A DNA stretch of 64,000 bases from a virus: positions 1 through 64,000 of IMG/VR virus record IMGVR_UViG_3300044695_005756; one strand, 5' to 3'. Made by a program: the position numbers and the translations under genes. Within the stretch, counting starts at the first letter, position 1. Every line of letters begins with the position of its first letter. Below, in pieces: positions 9,058 through 18,779 of this stretch. The notes beneath the pieces are model-generated. The model worked only from the letters and a program-made list of their open reading frames with translations, did no database searches and had not been told where the DNA came from.

Positions 9058-9531
9058 TTATCTTAGTCCCATAGATTTACGACGGCGCATTGACATCTTT
9101 CTTTTTAACAATGTGCGTCTGAGTTTACTTTTTCTTGTTGTTTTCCAAGATCGTTTTAACAAACGAGCCTTACGCAATCTTACTGTTGCTGGTATACGTT
9201 TAACTGTGCTGCCAGAAATGCGATAACCTTTAAGTCCAGATTTTTTTACATTTCTCTGTACTATAATTCTACCTTTTTTGTTGCGACGAATACGGCGACG
9301 AACTTTCGTAATGCGTCCCATTTTTACAAGGTTTGCATTACGTTTTTTAGCCGCTTCTTCTAATACTTCTTCGTCAACTTCAATTTCTTCAAACATCGCA
9401 TCAACGATGTGTGGCTTTGCTTCTTCCATACGAACAGAAGCAATGTCATCCAAACGCGCAAAGATAAGTTCTTTGGCTTCGTCTAATTTATTCTGTAGAA
9501 TTAAGTCTACAAAATTCATATAGTTTTCCAA
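9058..9531 (-). CDS. 68: Prohead core protein gp68-like
   Basis: Acidic N-half, very basic C-half ending KRKMSMRRRKSMGLR like T4 gp68 (..KRRKALGLS); true start may be 9519. Confidence 0.75.
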   Translation of the reverse strand: MENYMNFVDLILQNKLDEAKELIFARLDDIASVRMEEAKPHIVDAMFEEIEVDEEVLEEAAKKRNANLVKMGRITKVRRRIRRNKKGRIIVQRNVKKSGLKGYRISGSTVKRIPATVRLRKARLLKRSWKTTRKSKLRRTLLKRKMSMRRRKSMGLR

Positions 9532-10159
9532 ATGAAGTTACAGATTCAGTTAGTTGTTGCCAAAAATAATTTTTACTATTTTCTTCCAACTGATCGTATG
9601 TGTTTATAATTTGTTGTTTTGTTTCTTCATTAAGTGAAATGATGTTGCCATCGTTTAACAATAATTGTTCCGACTCAACAAGTTCACGAATATATTCTTC
9701 GGCTTGAATTGGCGCGTCAAGAGCAGGACCATAAGGAACACTAAAAACTCTTTTAAGTTTATCACTCCAATACATTGCGATTCTTGTTCCATCTGGGTAC
9801 AATCTTACCGCTTTACGTTTGATTACCAAAACGACCGGTGGATCTGGCACCAACGGATACGCTGAACCCACATTGTCTGCTCTTGCTTCTTCTAGTTCTT
9901 CACGAACTGCTTGTCTTGCTTTGCCAAAAATCTGTTTATTATTTGAAACCAAATCTACCATGCGGTTAAAAAGATTACGCATGATTTCGCGGTCAGCATT
10001 GTTGAACTGTGGTCTTTCTTCACCCATCTTATCTAAGATTTTGTGAATACGAGCCAACTGTGCTTTGTTTGCCAAACCTGCACGAACAAGAGCGTCGAAC
10101 TTTGAATAGTCCGACTTCTCTTCTTCTACGATAGATTTAAATTCAAGTAATGATTTCAT
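9488..10159 (-). CDS. Hypothetical, possible extra prohead core/internal protein
   Basis: 223 aa between gp67 and gp68, several (I/L)xE motifs. Confidence 0.6.
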   Translation of the reverse strand: MKSLLEFKSIVEEEKSDYSKFDALVRAGLANKAQLARIHKILDKMGEERPQFNNADREIMRNLFNRMVDLVSNNKQIFGKARQAVREELEEARADNVGSAYPLVPDPPVVLVIKRKAVRLYPDGTRIAMYWSDKLKRVFSVPYGPALDAPIQAEEYIRELVESEQLLLNDGNIISLNEETKQQIINTYDQLEENSKNYFWQQLTESVTSFGKLYEFCRLNSTE

Positions 10160-10359
10160 TACTGTTCTACTGTTTCTTCTTCATCGTCGGCAATTTCTTC
10201 GTGGCTTTGCTCTTGCCCGCCAAAAAGAGTAGTAGCGATTTCTTGCTTACGGCTTTGGAGCGCATCGAACGCTTTTGCGGATAAAACATTTTCTATGCCT
10301 TCTTTTGCTGCAATACTTTCTCCAGCAGCAATATCGTTAATAATATCTTGAATATTCAT
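10159..10359 (-). CDS. 67: Prohead core protein gp67-like
   Basis: Small acidic protein (IINDIAAGE..A) immediately after portal. Confidence 0.65.
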   Translation of the reverse strand: MNIQDIINDIAAGESIAAKEGIENVLSAKAFDALQSRKQEIATTLFGGQEQSHEEIADDEEETVEQ

Positions 10360-10370
10360 AATAACCTTTC

Positions 10371-12041
10371 TTATCTGCGTCTATTATTTATACTGACCAC
10401 GGATCTGTTTACCTCATCATCAAGACCAGGTGTCAATGACTCTTCTGTTTCTTCGGTATTTTCAACTGTATTGTCTTCTGGTTCTGCTTGTGGTACAGCA
10501 CCTTGTGAAGGTCCACCTAATACGGGACCTTGCATGTCATCAGGTAGTGTATCTTTTTCCTCTTGAATTTCTTTTTGCATGTCTTCAATTTCTTCATCAG
10601 TCATCATGAGAACTTTATTCATAACATAATGATTTGAGAAATAACGACCTACAAAAGGATCAACTAGGCTTACCATCTGCAATCTATTTTGAAGTAATTC
10701 AGCTTCACGCAATTCAGTAAAGTTGTTGTCTTTACGGAAGTCATAATAGATGTCTTCTTTAAACTCATCCCATTCTTCACGGGTACAAATACCTTTAAGT
10801 ACCAATTGTACTTTGAGTGCATCATCAAATATCTGTGAAAACTTATTACGAAGACGAACAACAAATTTTGCGAACTTCAATTCATCACGGGTAATTTCTT
10901 GACTTTTACCCATTCCAGCAAATCCGCCCTCTTGTGATTCTAGTCTTGAATATGGTACGTTAAGAGACTGTAAAAGTTTCTTTTGAAAATACTTAACGTC
11001 TTCTAACTCACCAAGATTCTGACCAGCTGGTAATGTGGTAATCTCTGTACCTTTACCACCTTCTCTTCGTGGTAACCAGAAGTCTTCAAGCATTGACATG
11101 TGTTTACGTTCATCACGGATCTCACCAGTGTTCGCATCGTAAACTAATTTGTTTCGATACTTGATCATGATGTCACGCAGGTATTGTTCTGCTTTACCAC
11201 GTGGTAGATTACCAACGTCAATGTAAAAAATACGGCGTTCTGGTGCGCGTGAAATTCTGTAAATAACAATCGCATCTTCAATCATACGCAACTGATTCAA
11301 TGGTTTGATTGCTTTGTGTAGATACGAAATGACAAAAGTATTTTTTGCATCCATCAGACCTGAATTAATATTAATAATCGAATCTGGTGCAATACGAATA
11401 CCTTGTCCTACATTTGATGTAAATGTTTGCGTGGTTGTTCCACGATCATTGTAGACATAGTATTCAGCAACCGATACAACAATCATTGCTCCTGTTTTCG
11501 GATCACGATCTTTTTTAATCTCACGCACCTTACGAATTTTGCGTGGATCAATGTATCTAAGTTCTTGAATACCTTCTTTGGGATTCTTATCGTTTACGAC
11601 AACATGATAAAAGATACGACCGTCAATATACCAACGCTTAAATAAATCGTCAGCAAGATTACTGAAGTTTAACATTTTTAATACATTGTCAAACTCTTCA
11701 GCAATTTTCTTTTTAATCGATTCTGGTTGTTTGAGATTGTCTAAAACGATATCGACAACTTTACCTGCTTCATCATGAGTGATAGCTTCATTAACGATTT
11801 CATCAATTGCCATTTGACACTCAGGGTGATTGGACATCTCACGATATCGAGTGATGAGTTCAATTTCATTTCGAACTGAACCTTCTAAATCGACATAGGT
11901 ACCGTAGTACGCATTTTGCGTAACGGTAACTGCACCATCATCTACGGTCGCAGAAGGCAAAGCAAAGGATGCCTGTTCGGGTTTTTCAACCTTGACGACA
12001 TCCTTTGAGCCTATTGTAAAGCCAAAAAGTTTAATTGCCAT
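10371..12041 (-). CDS. 20: Portal protein gp20
   Basis: YRISRAPERRIFYIDVGNLP, MLEDFWLPRREGGKGTEITTLP, EITRDELKF. Confidence 0.98.
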   Translation of the reverse strand: MAIKLFGFTIGSKDVVKVEKPEQASFALPSATVDDGAVTVTQNAYYGTYVDLEGSVRNEIELITRYREMSNHPECQMAIDEIVNEAITHDEAGKVVDIVLDNLKQPESIKKKIAEEFDNVLKMLNFSNLADDLFKRWYIDGRIFYHVVVNDKNPKEGIQELRYIDPRKIRKVREIKKDRDPKTGAMIVVSVAEYYVYNDRGTTTQTFTSNVGQGIRIAPDSIININSGLMDAKNTFVISYLHKAIKPLNQLRMIEDAIVIYRISRAPERRIFYIDVGNLPRGKAEQYLRDIMIKYRNKLVYDANTGEIRDERKHMSMLEDFWLPRREGGKGTEITTLPAGQNLGELEDVKYFQKKLLQSLNVPYSRLESQEGGFAGMGKSQEITRDELKFAKFVVRLRNKFSQIFDDALKVQLVLKGICTREEWDEFKEDIYYDFRKDNNFTELREAELLQNRLQMVSLVDPFVGRYFSNHYVMNKVLMMTDEEIEDMQKEIQEEKDTLPDDMQGPVLGGPSQGAVPQAEPEDNTVENTEETEESLTPGLDDEVNRSVVSINNRRR

Positions 12042-12059
12042 TAAAAATCATCCTATATT

Positions 12060-12083
12060 AAAAAGTAGGGCAAAAGCCCTACT
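12060..12083 (-). terminator. Rho-independent terminator after gp19
   Basis: AGTAGGGC-TTTT-GCCCTACT-TTTT on minus strand. Confidence 0.85.
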
Positions 12084-12084
12084 C

Positions 12085-12630
12085 TTAGAGAACACCATCT
12101 GCAACTGCTTCCCACCACTGGTAGGTAAGTGTTACAGAAAACTCTTCAATCGCATCATTTGAACCCCAATCAACATCAATCGGTGTGATGTCAGATGGGA
12201 ATAGACCAACAAATCTATATTTTTTGATTGAGTTACCTGCTTTACCAAACTGTGTAACTTCTCCATCAACCGTGTATCCTAGTGGTGTACTTGCGATTGG
12301 ATTACGAACATTGAGATTATGGCTATTGATACCATTCATCCAGCGTTCGAATGCATTGCGTACAACAAAGTCTTCATCGTTAATAATTGTTACTGTCCAG
12401 TCAGCAAAAGTACGATTACCCACAAACTTGAGTTCACGACCAAAGTATTGAACGGGTACAACACCCAGAGTTGAACCTGGTAGTTGTGCCGTCTTACACA
12501 TGAACGTCATTTTTGTTTGCGCGTTTCCTGGTAATGAGAACACAGGAAACGGCATACTTACCTCAAATAGATTTGGGCGGGCACCGTCACCTTGCAGTTG
12601 TGAGCGGAACTGATTTACATTGAATGCCAT
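12085..12630 (-). CDS. 19: Tail tube protein gp19
   Basis: GARPNLFEV, GNRTFADWTVTIINDEDF, IEEFSVTLTYQWW. Confidence 0.95.
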   Translation of the reverse strand: MAFNVNQFRSQLQGDGARPNLFEVSMPFPVFSLPGNAQTKMTFMCKTAQLPGSTLGVVPVQYFGRELKFVGNRTFADWTVTIINDEDFVVRNAFERWMNGINSHNLNVRNPIASTPLGYTVDGEVTQFGKAGNSIKKYRFVGLFPSDITPIDVDWGSNDAIEEFSVTLTYQWWEAVADGVL

Positions 12631-12656
12631 TTATTATTCTCCTGTTTCTCTTTTAT

Positions 12657-14342
12657 TTAAGCTGCCCCTACCACTTCATTGAAACTTACACCTGTACGTA
12701 CCGCTACAAAGTTAAGTTGAATGAAGTTGATGGAACGAGCAGGTTTAATGTAAATGTCACCTACAAATTCATTACGATCAATAACTTCTCCTGTGTTGTT
12801 TGTTTCATCACAGACAACACGGTAGTCTGTAATACCACGACGACCTTGAACATCACGCAGGAAAGGCTCTACGAGAGAAACGAACTGTGCGCGGGTAAAC
12901 TGATCATTAAATTCAAACAGAGAGAAACGTGCCGCGCGTGAAATTGCTTTTTCAAGCGTGATGAACAAACGACGAACATTGATACGATCAAATGCACTTG
13001 GCTTGCTCAACATTGTTTTATCACCAAACAGAACTGTACCTTCACCAGGGAAAGAAACTACTGGATTAACACCCTTTGTATATAGAGTGTCACGTTCCGT
13101 CTTAGTTGGGTTCCATGCAAGTTTAATTACATTCTTAATTACACCACGATTTAGACCACCTGGTGAGAACCATGGATCGCGTTCGTTATCTGTACGAACA
13201 CATAATCCAGCAATATCACCGTTAAGTGGAATCCAACGATATACATCATTGTATTTGTCATACTGATATTTGTATCCAGAATCGATGACTGCATAAGATG
13301 ATGAAGTCAAAGAATCTCTATAAGAAACAATGTCTGCTGCTTCATTACCTGCATTATCAACGCAGTCTGATTTTTCTGGTGAAACGAATGCTACACAATC
13401 TTTTCTTGAGCCTGCAATGTTATCAATTACATGCGCTGCAATTGTTGCATTACCTGTACCAGTTACAAGCAATGAGATATCAACAGATTCGGCGTTTGCA
13501 AATTTATCCCAACCAGAGGTAATTTGTGAATTGCCTACAGTACCGTCTGTTCCACCAGAAAGTGAGAAAGTTACGTTACCTGTTGTATTTGCAAATACGG
13601 ATGCATTTGCTGATGAACCCCATGCTGTTCCTGCACCAGTATTTTGTGTAGGATGTGCAACTGACCAAATGTATTTTGATTTAGTTTCGATTACTTTTTT
13701 GTAGTAATTTGAGTTACCTGAATCGTCTTTTGCGTCTGATGCTTTAGAAACAAAAGCAAATTTTTCTAGAACTGTGCCTTGTGAGCCTGTCCATAATCCA
13801 TCTTCATCGATAACAATAACATGTAGTTCATCAAAAGAACCATTTCTTGATGACACATATCCTGATGTTCCCGGTGCTGAAGAGAACTGTGACTTATAAG
13901 CCCATGTACCATATGATGCTGCGTCGGCTAAAGACACTCTAAGTGAATTACCTAAAGTCCCTGGCCAACGAGCAGCAAATCCGTTGTATGAATTTGCTGC
14001 ATAACCTGTATGATTTTCATCATAATCGTCTTCGCTTTTAATGACTAACGATCCGCCATTTGCAGTTGCGTTATTACCGTTTGTAGGAACAGCACGAACA
14101 ATCTTTAAGTTGTTACCGTAAGATAGGAAGTTCGCGGCAGAGAACCAATACTCATAATTTGTGCTATCTGGTTTACCGAATCTGTCCACCAGACGAACTT
14201 CATCGGAAATAGTTGTGACTACACCACATGGTCCCCAATTAAAAGGTCCTACAAATGCGCCAGCAGAAGTGACAACTGAAGGAATAACTGTAGTCAGATC
14301 GATCTCTGATACATTCACTCCAGGTGATAATTGAAATGCCAT
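12657..14342 (-). CDS. 18: Tail sheath protein gp18
   Basis: LSPGVNVSEIDLT, PWFSPGGLNRG, SAFDRINVRRLF, IYIKPARSINFI. Confidence 0.97.
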   Translation of the reverse strand: MAFQLSPGVNVSEIDLTTVIPSVVTSAGAFVGPFNWGPCGVVTTISDEVRLVDRFGKPDSTNYEYWFSAANFLSYGNNLKIVRAVPTNGNNATANGGSLVIKSEDDYDENHTGYAANSYNGFAARWPGTLGNSLRVSLADAASYGTWAYKSQFSSAPGTSGYVSSRNGSFDELHVIVIDEDGLWTGSQGTVLEKFAFVSKASDAKDDSGNSNYYKKVIETKSKYIWSVAHPTQNTGAGTAWGSSANASVFANTTGNVTFSLSGGTDGTVGNSQITSGWDKFANAESVDISLLVTGTGNATIAAHVIDNIAGSRKDCVAFVSPEKSDCVDNAGNEAADIVSYRDSLTSSSYAVIDSGYKYQYDKYNDVYRWIPLNGDIAGLCVRTDNERDPWFSPGGLNRGVIKNVIKLAWNPTKTERDTLYTKGVNPVVSFPGEGTVLFGDKTMLSKPSAFDRINVRRLFITLEKAISRAARFSLFEFNDQFTRAQFVSLVEPFLRDVQGRRGITDYRVVCDETNNTGEVIDRNEFVGDIYIKPARSINFIQLNFVAVRTGVSFNEVVGAA

Positions 14343-14386
14343 TGGATTTCTCCTTTTATTGTTGGGTCAATATTCTTTTTATTGTC

Positions 14387-14394
14387 TATTTAGT
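14387..14394 (-). promoter_or_regulatory. Late promoter variant ACTAAATA for gp18
   Basis: Intergenic gp17-gp18; the same octamer recurs at 27578-27585. Confidence 0.6.
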
Positions 14395-14397
14395 TTT

Positions 14398-16029
14398 TTA
14401 CAAATTTGATGATAAATAGCCCGCTGGAGGCTCCCACATGTCTCCGTCTTCCACTTCCAATTCTCTACGTAGCCCATCTTCAATAAAACCAAACGGCAAC
14501 ACACTTTCTTCACCTAACAAATTCTGTTCTTCTAACATGATTTTACGGATGTCTATTCTAGTTTCATCTTTAAAGAATGTTTGTGCTGTCAGCCATGCGT
14601 AAAGTACCAGACCCATGACAATATCATCATTATTACCCTCTTCAGCGGCATAAGTATCTTTTGTTCTCACAAAAGTATTCAGTTCGGCAATAGTGTCAAA
14701 GTCGTTGATGATGAGTTTATCATTTTCAATCAGCGTTTTGAGGTTGGCGCACCCGATCTTTTTGACGGATTTGGTTGTTTTTACACCAAATGCAACCGAA
14801 CGCCTGAAGCCAGCGGAAATACTTTGCCCCTTAATGTGGTGATGTTCCAGCTTGTAGATATTTTCATACTCTAAATCATAGTGTAAAATATCTACCACTT
14901 GCTGACCTACATTATTCGTTTCAATTAGCACATAAGCTTGATTGTACCGATTAGCTATGGCATATATGATTGTTGGCAAGAACAACAAAGGTAATTTGTT
15001 GTTACGATATCTTGCGACTTGTTTATAAGGAGCCTCTGTGGCATCAAGAACATTAATGGTATGATAGTCCATACCCACACCCTCAGAACAATCTACCGTT
15101 GCAATATAGATGCGCCCAGGTTTTGGATCTTCATATACAAACAAATGACCATCATCTTCAACTCTGAGTGGATCAAAGAAAGCCAACGAACGTAGTTTTG
15201 AGCCTGATATAAGTGTTGCAGAAGAGCCGATAAATTCTGTTTCAAATTCTTGTCGGAATTGTTCTTCAGAAGTATTCCGTATCGTTTCTTCTTTCCATTT
15301 TTGATCTCGTCCTGGAACTTGTGACCAATGAATCTCTAGTGTCTTGTAAAGTGAACGACCTTCGATAGCATCCATCCACATCTTGTAGAACAAATTCAAA
15401 CCATTTGGCGTCGATACAATAATTACTTTTGACGTTTTACCGGATGAGATAACAGGATATGTAGAAGTGAAGAAGTCTACTGCCATATTATGTGGTACGA
15501 ATGCAAACTCATCAAGAAAGATTAGATTGTAAGTACCACCTCGTACACCTGCTGCTGAAGTAGCGTATGCATAAATTTTTGAGCCATTTTCTAATTCGAT
15601 TGAGCGTTTATTCCAATTGATAATGCCCTGTTGAAGCCACATAGGTAGATACTCATATGCTTTTTGTATTTTGGCAAGAATATCTTGTGCAAGTTGAAGT
15701 TTGTTTGCAAGAATACCAATTACAAATTCTTCATTGAACAGAGCGGACCACAACATATATCCAACAGTTGTAGTTGTTTTACCTACCTGTCGTGGCATTT
15801 TTGCAATAACGAATCGGTTACTATGAAACTGTGTGACCATATCTTCTTGAAAGTCCCACATTTCAAATGGCACAAGACCGCGATCTACGTTGACAATTTT
15901 AACGTAGTTTCGAATAAAATATACTGGATCTTCAATGCATTTGGCAAGTTCTATGGCTTGTTCTTCAGTATAGGATATTTCAACACCGACTCGTTTAAGT
16001 CGGGCATTACCAAGATATCCGTCATCCAT
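14398..16029 (-). CDS. 17: Terminase large subunit gp17
   Basis: Walker A MPRQVGKTT, Walker B LIFLDEFAF, STPNG, nuclease DCSEGVG and NDDIVM. Confidence 0.97.
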   Translation of the reverse strand: MDDGYLGNARLKRVGVEISYTEEQAIELAKCIEDPVYFIRNYVKIVNVDRGLVPFEMWDFQEDMVTQFHSNRFVIAKMPRQVGKTTTTVGYMLWSALFNEEFVIGILANKLQLAQDILAKIQKAYEYLPMWLQQGIINWNKRSIELENGSKIYAYATSAAGVRGGTYNLIFLDEFAFVPHNMAVDFFTSTYPVISSGKTSKVIIVSTPNGLNLFYKMWMDAIEGRSLYKTLEIHWSQVPGRDQKWKEETIRNTSEEQFRQEFETEFIGSSATLISGSKLRSLAFFDPLRVEDDGHLFVYEDPKPGRIYIATVDCSEGVGMDYHTINVLDATEAPYKQVARYRNNKLPLLFLPTIIYAIANRYNQAYVLIETNNVGQQVVDILHYDLEYENIYKLEHHHIKGQSISAGFRRSVAFGVKTTKSVKKIGCANLKTLIENDKLIINDFDTIAELNTFVRTKDTYAAEEGNNDDIVMGLVLYAWLTAQTFFKDETRIDIRKIMLEEQNLLGEESVLPFGFIEDGLRRELEVEDGDMWEPPAGYLSSNL

Positions 16030-16032
16030 ATT

Positions 16033-16467
16033 TTAGCGTGTAAAACTCTTTAACATCCAACCATGTTTCTGATGAGCATCAAGAATATCTTGCAAGAAAT
16101 TACCTACTGCTGGTTCATCAGCAGCATCAGCAAGTGCGATACCCGCACGAAGTTCCATAATATATTTCTCATTATCAGATGCAAGTTCGGACATCATAAT
16201 AAGTGATGAGGGAATGGCAACGACTTCATCGATCTTTGAAAGTTCTAACATTCTTGCCAAAGTTGTTGGAGCATATGAACCTAATGCACGAATGTGTTCG
16301 GCAATTGCATCGGTTTGCTCATATACCGCTGCATAGAATGTGCCAAGAAAACCATGGTATTCTGCAAAGTTAGGTCCCTCTACGTTCCAATGGAATGAAT
16401 GTGCTTTGAAATACAAACCGAAATTTGTACCTAAGATGACTTTCATTTGTTCTATTAATTGTTCCAT
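16033..16467 (-). CDS. dps: Dps-family mini-ferritin
   Basis: HSFHWNVEGPNFAEYH, DAIAEHIRALG ferroxidase motifs, C-terminal KHGWML. Confidence 0.9.
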   Translation of the reverse strand: MEQLIEQMKVILGTNFGLYFKAHSFHWNVEGPNFAEYHGFLGTFYAAVYEQTDAIAEHIRALGSYAPTTLARMLELSKIDEVVAIPSSLIMMSELASDNEKYIMELRAGIALADAADEPAVGNFLQDILDAHQKHGWMLKSFTR

Positions 16468-16471
16468 AATT

Positions 16472-16873
16472 TTATTTATTTCCTTTAATCATTTTAAGTA
16501 ATTCATTAGTGGAACCAACAAAGACTGCTTTATCTATGTTGACTCCTTTACTAGTTTCAGACTGAGGTGCAAGCTCTTTTTTACGTTTCTGGAGTTCTAG
16601 TAAATCTTTATTCATCTCAGCTAAGTTTTTCATCATCGTAGCTAAGACTTCATATGCCCGCGGTGATTCGGATTGATTTGCAACAGACGCTAGTTCAGTA
16701 ATTGCTTTATTACCATTTGTGATTAACTCACGCATATTATCACGCGCAAACTCAGCATCAGCATCAATTTGATTCACATTATCATCAACAACCATAGGTA
16801 ATGGCTCTATGGTTTTTTCTTCAATAGGAGCAACGTCAAATATTTCAGATAGATTTTTATTTAGTTTTTTCAT
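16472..16873 (-). CDS. 16: Terminase small subunit gp16
   Basis: D.EFARDN, SESPRAYEVLA, VFVGSTNEL. Confidence 0.9.
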   Translation of the reverse strand: MKKLNKNLSEIFDVAPIEEKTIEPLPMVVDDNVNQIDADAEFARDNMRELITNGNKAITELASVANQSESPRAYEVLATMMKNLAEMNKDLLELQKRKKELAPQSETSKGVNIDKAVFVGSTNELLKMIKGNK

Positions 16874-17871
16874 AGTAATGTATCAGGCCACTCTACAACT
16901 GTTTCTGTATAACCAAAATTCGAATTCGGTAATGCTGTATTTGGATTAGGTTCAGTTACTACAGACACTAATTTTACTGGGCTTATATCCAAAGTTTCTA
17001 CTGTATATCTTGCACCAGAATAATCGCCAGTCAATACATAACCCGTTTCGATAAGTTTATTACTATCCGCAATCACTAATGTACCTACGGAAGTGTTACT
17101 AAAATATTCTACAGTACCGAAGAATCCATTTGCGGTGTCACGAAGAGTTTCGCCAGTGGTGTATACATTATTACCATTTGCATAGTCTACATAAACTTTT
17201 TGAATATCTCTAGATGCGGTATCAAGATTAATATTTGTATTTGCCGAATTAATAATTTTGCCTGTTTTAACTGGTGGCCAAATAAAGCTTTTAGCGGTAA
17301 ATGTTAAGTCCCAAACAATAATTCTAGTTGTTCCATCACCCATTCCACCCTCATATTCTACTGTAGACGCAACAGAGTTGAGTATAATAGGAACAGTATA
17401 CTTATGGTCCATTGAAGGAATAAAATCTACCACTACACTAAAATCAGGAGTAAAGAATGGTAAAATCTGTTCTAATATTTGAGTGCCGTCTTCCGTATTG
17501 CGAACAAATATAGACAAACTGAATTCAAAATTATATGGAACAGGAAGAAACTGTGTGCTTACGGTTGAATTTGTTGGACTCGAAAAGTTTTGTAGAGTAG
17601 AAATTTGTTTACGATTTGCATCATACTCCAAACTATCAAGATTGAAAGACATTCTAGGTATTACTGAGTTAACCGATTTAATCAAATTTGGATCGGATGT
17701 AATTTGTGTTAAATATCTTTCTTTAGGTCCATATGATAAAGGCACTTTAAGTTTTTCTTTTGCAACACCAGCTTGTGTGTAACGCACGATTTCAAGATCG
17801 TTAAATATGGTACCAAAAACGATAACCATCTTACGAATGGTACGATGATAAAACTGTGCGTTACCTAACAT
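16870..17871 (-). CDS. 15: Tail sheath stabilizer/terminator gp15
   Basis: FYHRTIRK..IVFGTIFN, VPLSYGPK, PRMSF, QILEQILPFFTP. Confidence 0.92.
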   Translation of the reverse strand: MLGNAQFYHRTIRKMVIVFGTIFNDLEIVRYTQAGVAKEKLKVPLSYGPKERYLTQITSDPNLIKSVNSVIPRMSFNLDSLEYDANRKQISTLQNFSSPTNSTVSTQFLPVPYNFEFSLSIFVRNTEDGTQILEQILPFFTPDFSVVVDFIPSMDHKYTVPIILNSVASTVEYEGGMGDGTTRIIVWDLTFTAKSFIWPPVKTGKIINSANTNINLDTASRDIQKVYVDYANGNNVYTTGETLRDTANGFFGTVEYFSNTSVGTLVIADSNKLIETGYVLTGDYSGARYTVETLDISPVKLVSVVTEPNPNTALPNSNFGYTETVVEWPDTLL

Positions 17872-18779
17872 TATGGTTCTCCAAACGGATTGACCTCAGT
17901 AAAGTCAATAATGTTATCGCTTGCGGCTTCAATTCTTGCATTATCAATGATATCTTCAAACGCGGTATTTTGAGTTACGGCATCAGAAGTGAGTGTGATT
18001 GTCCATTCAGCAGAACTAGTATTACCTTTTACATTTGCGGTTGCACTAAAATCTCCTTGTACACGATAAATGTCAATATGTGTATTAGGACTAAAATCAT
18101 ATACAAGGGCTTGCGCTGTTGCAGTAGCAAGTGAAGAACCTTGATATACAATTTCATCATTGATAAATTTGCCTGTGCCACCAGCACCTAACGAAATGCG
18201 CGTTCTTGGATAATAACTGCGAATTGTATTATCAATTTCAGCCACTCCTGTATCAACGATTTCGTTTGAAAAGTAATACTGCTTCATCTTTAAAGCATAA
18301 AGATAAACATTACCTCCACGCCCACGACCTAATGTATAAAACATCGCTTGATTATTTTCGGATTCAACATCAGTAATCTCAAAAAATGTCGTAGTCATAG
18401 GAACATAAATTAGATCACCAGAATTAGGTCGTATTAAACCATTAACCGTATATTTGAATCTCAATCTTGAAACAAGCATTGTCACTTCATCACGAATTTC
18501 TAAACCAAACTTTGAAATGAAATCTTGATCTCCATCGAATCCACTTACATTTTCCATATACATTTCAATGGGATGTGCAGTTCGATATTCTTTGAGAACA
18601 TCTTCACCAAACAAATAGTCCACTTCATCGCGTGTTGTACGCGGTAAATAGTAAACATCTAAACCGTAAATTTTAAGAGCTTCGATAACTAAATCTTCAA
18701 CTAATAACTGTTCTGGAGTGATTGGATTACCATCACCCAGTTTTGAAGGAAAATTATTGAAGTAGAAATTAGTTGCCAT
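17871..18779 (-). CDS. 14: Neck protein gp14
   Basis: EQLLVEDLVIE, DVYYLPR, SKFGLEIRDE, C-terminal DFTEVNPFG. Confidence 0.92.
   Translation of the reverse strand: MATNFYFNNFPSKLGDGNPITPEQLLVEDLVIEALKIYGLDVYYLPRTTRDEVDYLFGEDVLKEYRTAHPIEMYMENVSGFDGDQDFISKFGLEIRDEVTMLVSRLRFKYTVNGLIRPNSGDLIYVPMTTTFFEITDVESENNQAMFYTLGRGRGGNVYLYALKMKQYYFSNEIVDTGVAEIDNTIRSYYPRTRISLGAGGTGKFINDEIVYQGSSLATATAQALVYDFSPNTHIDIYRVQGDFSATANVKGNTSSAEWTITLTSDAVTQNTAFEDIIDNARIEAASDNIIDFTEVNPFGEP

Noticed and set aside
10371-16029. Introns, inteins or homing endonucleases in portal, sheath or terminase
   Set aside because: The ORFs are continuous and of normal size, with no intein or endonuclease motifs.
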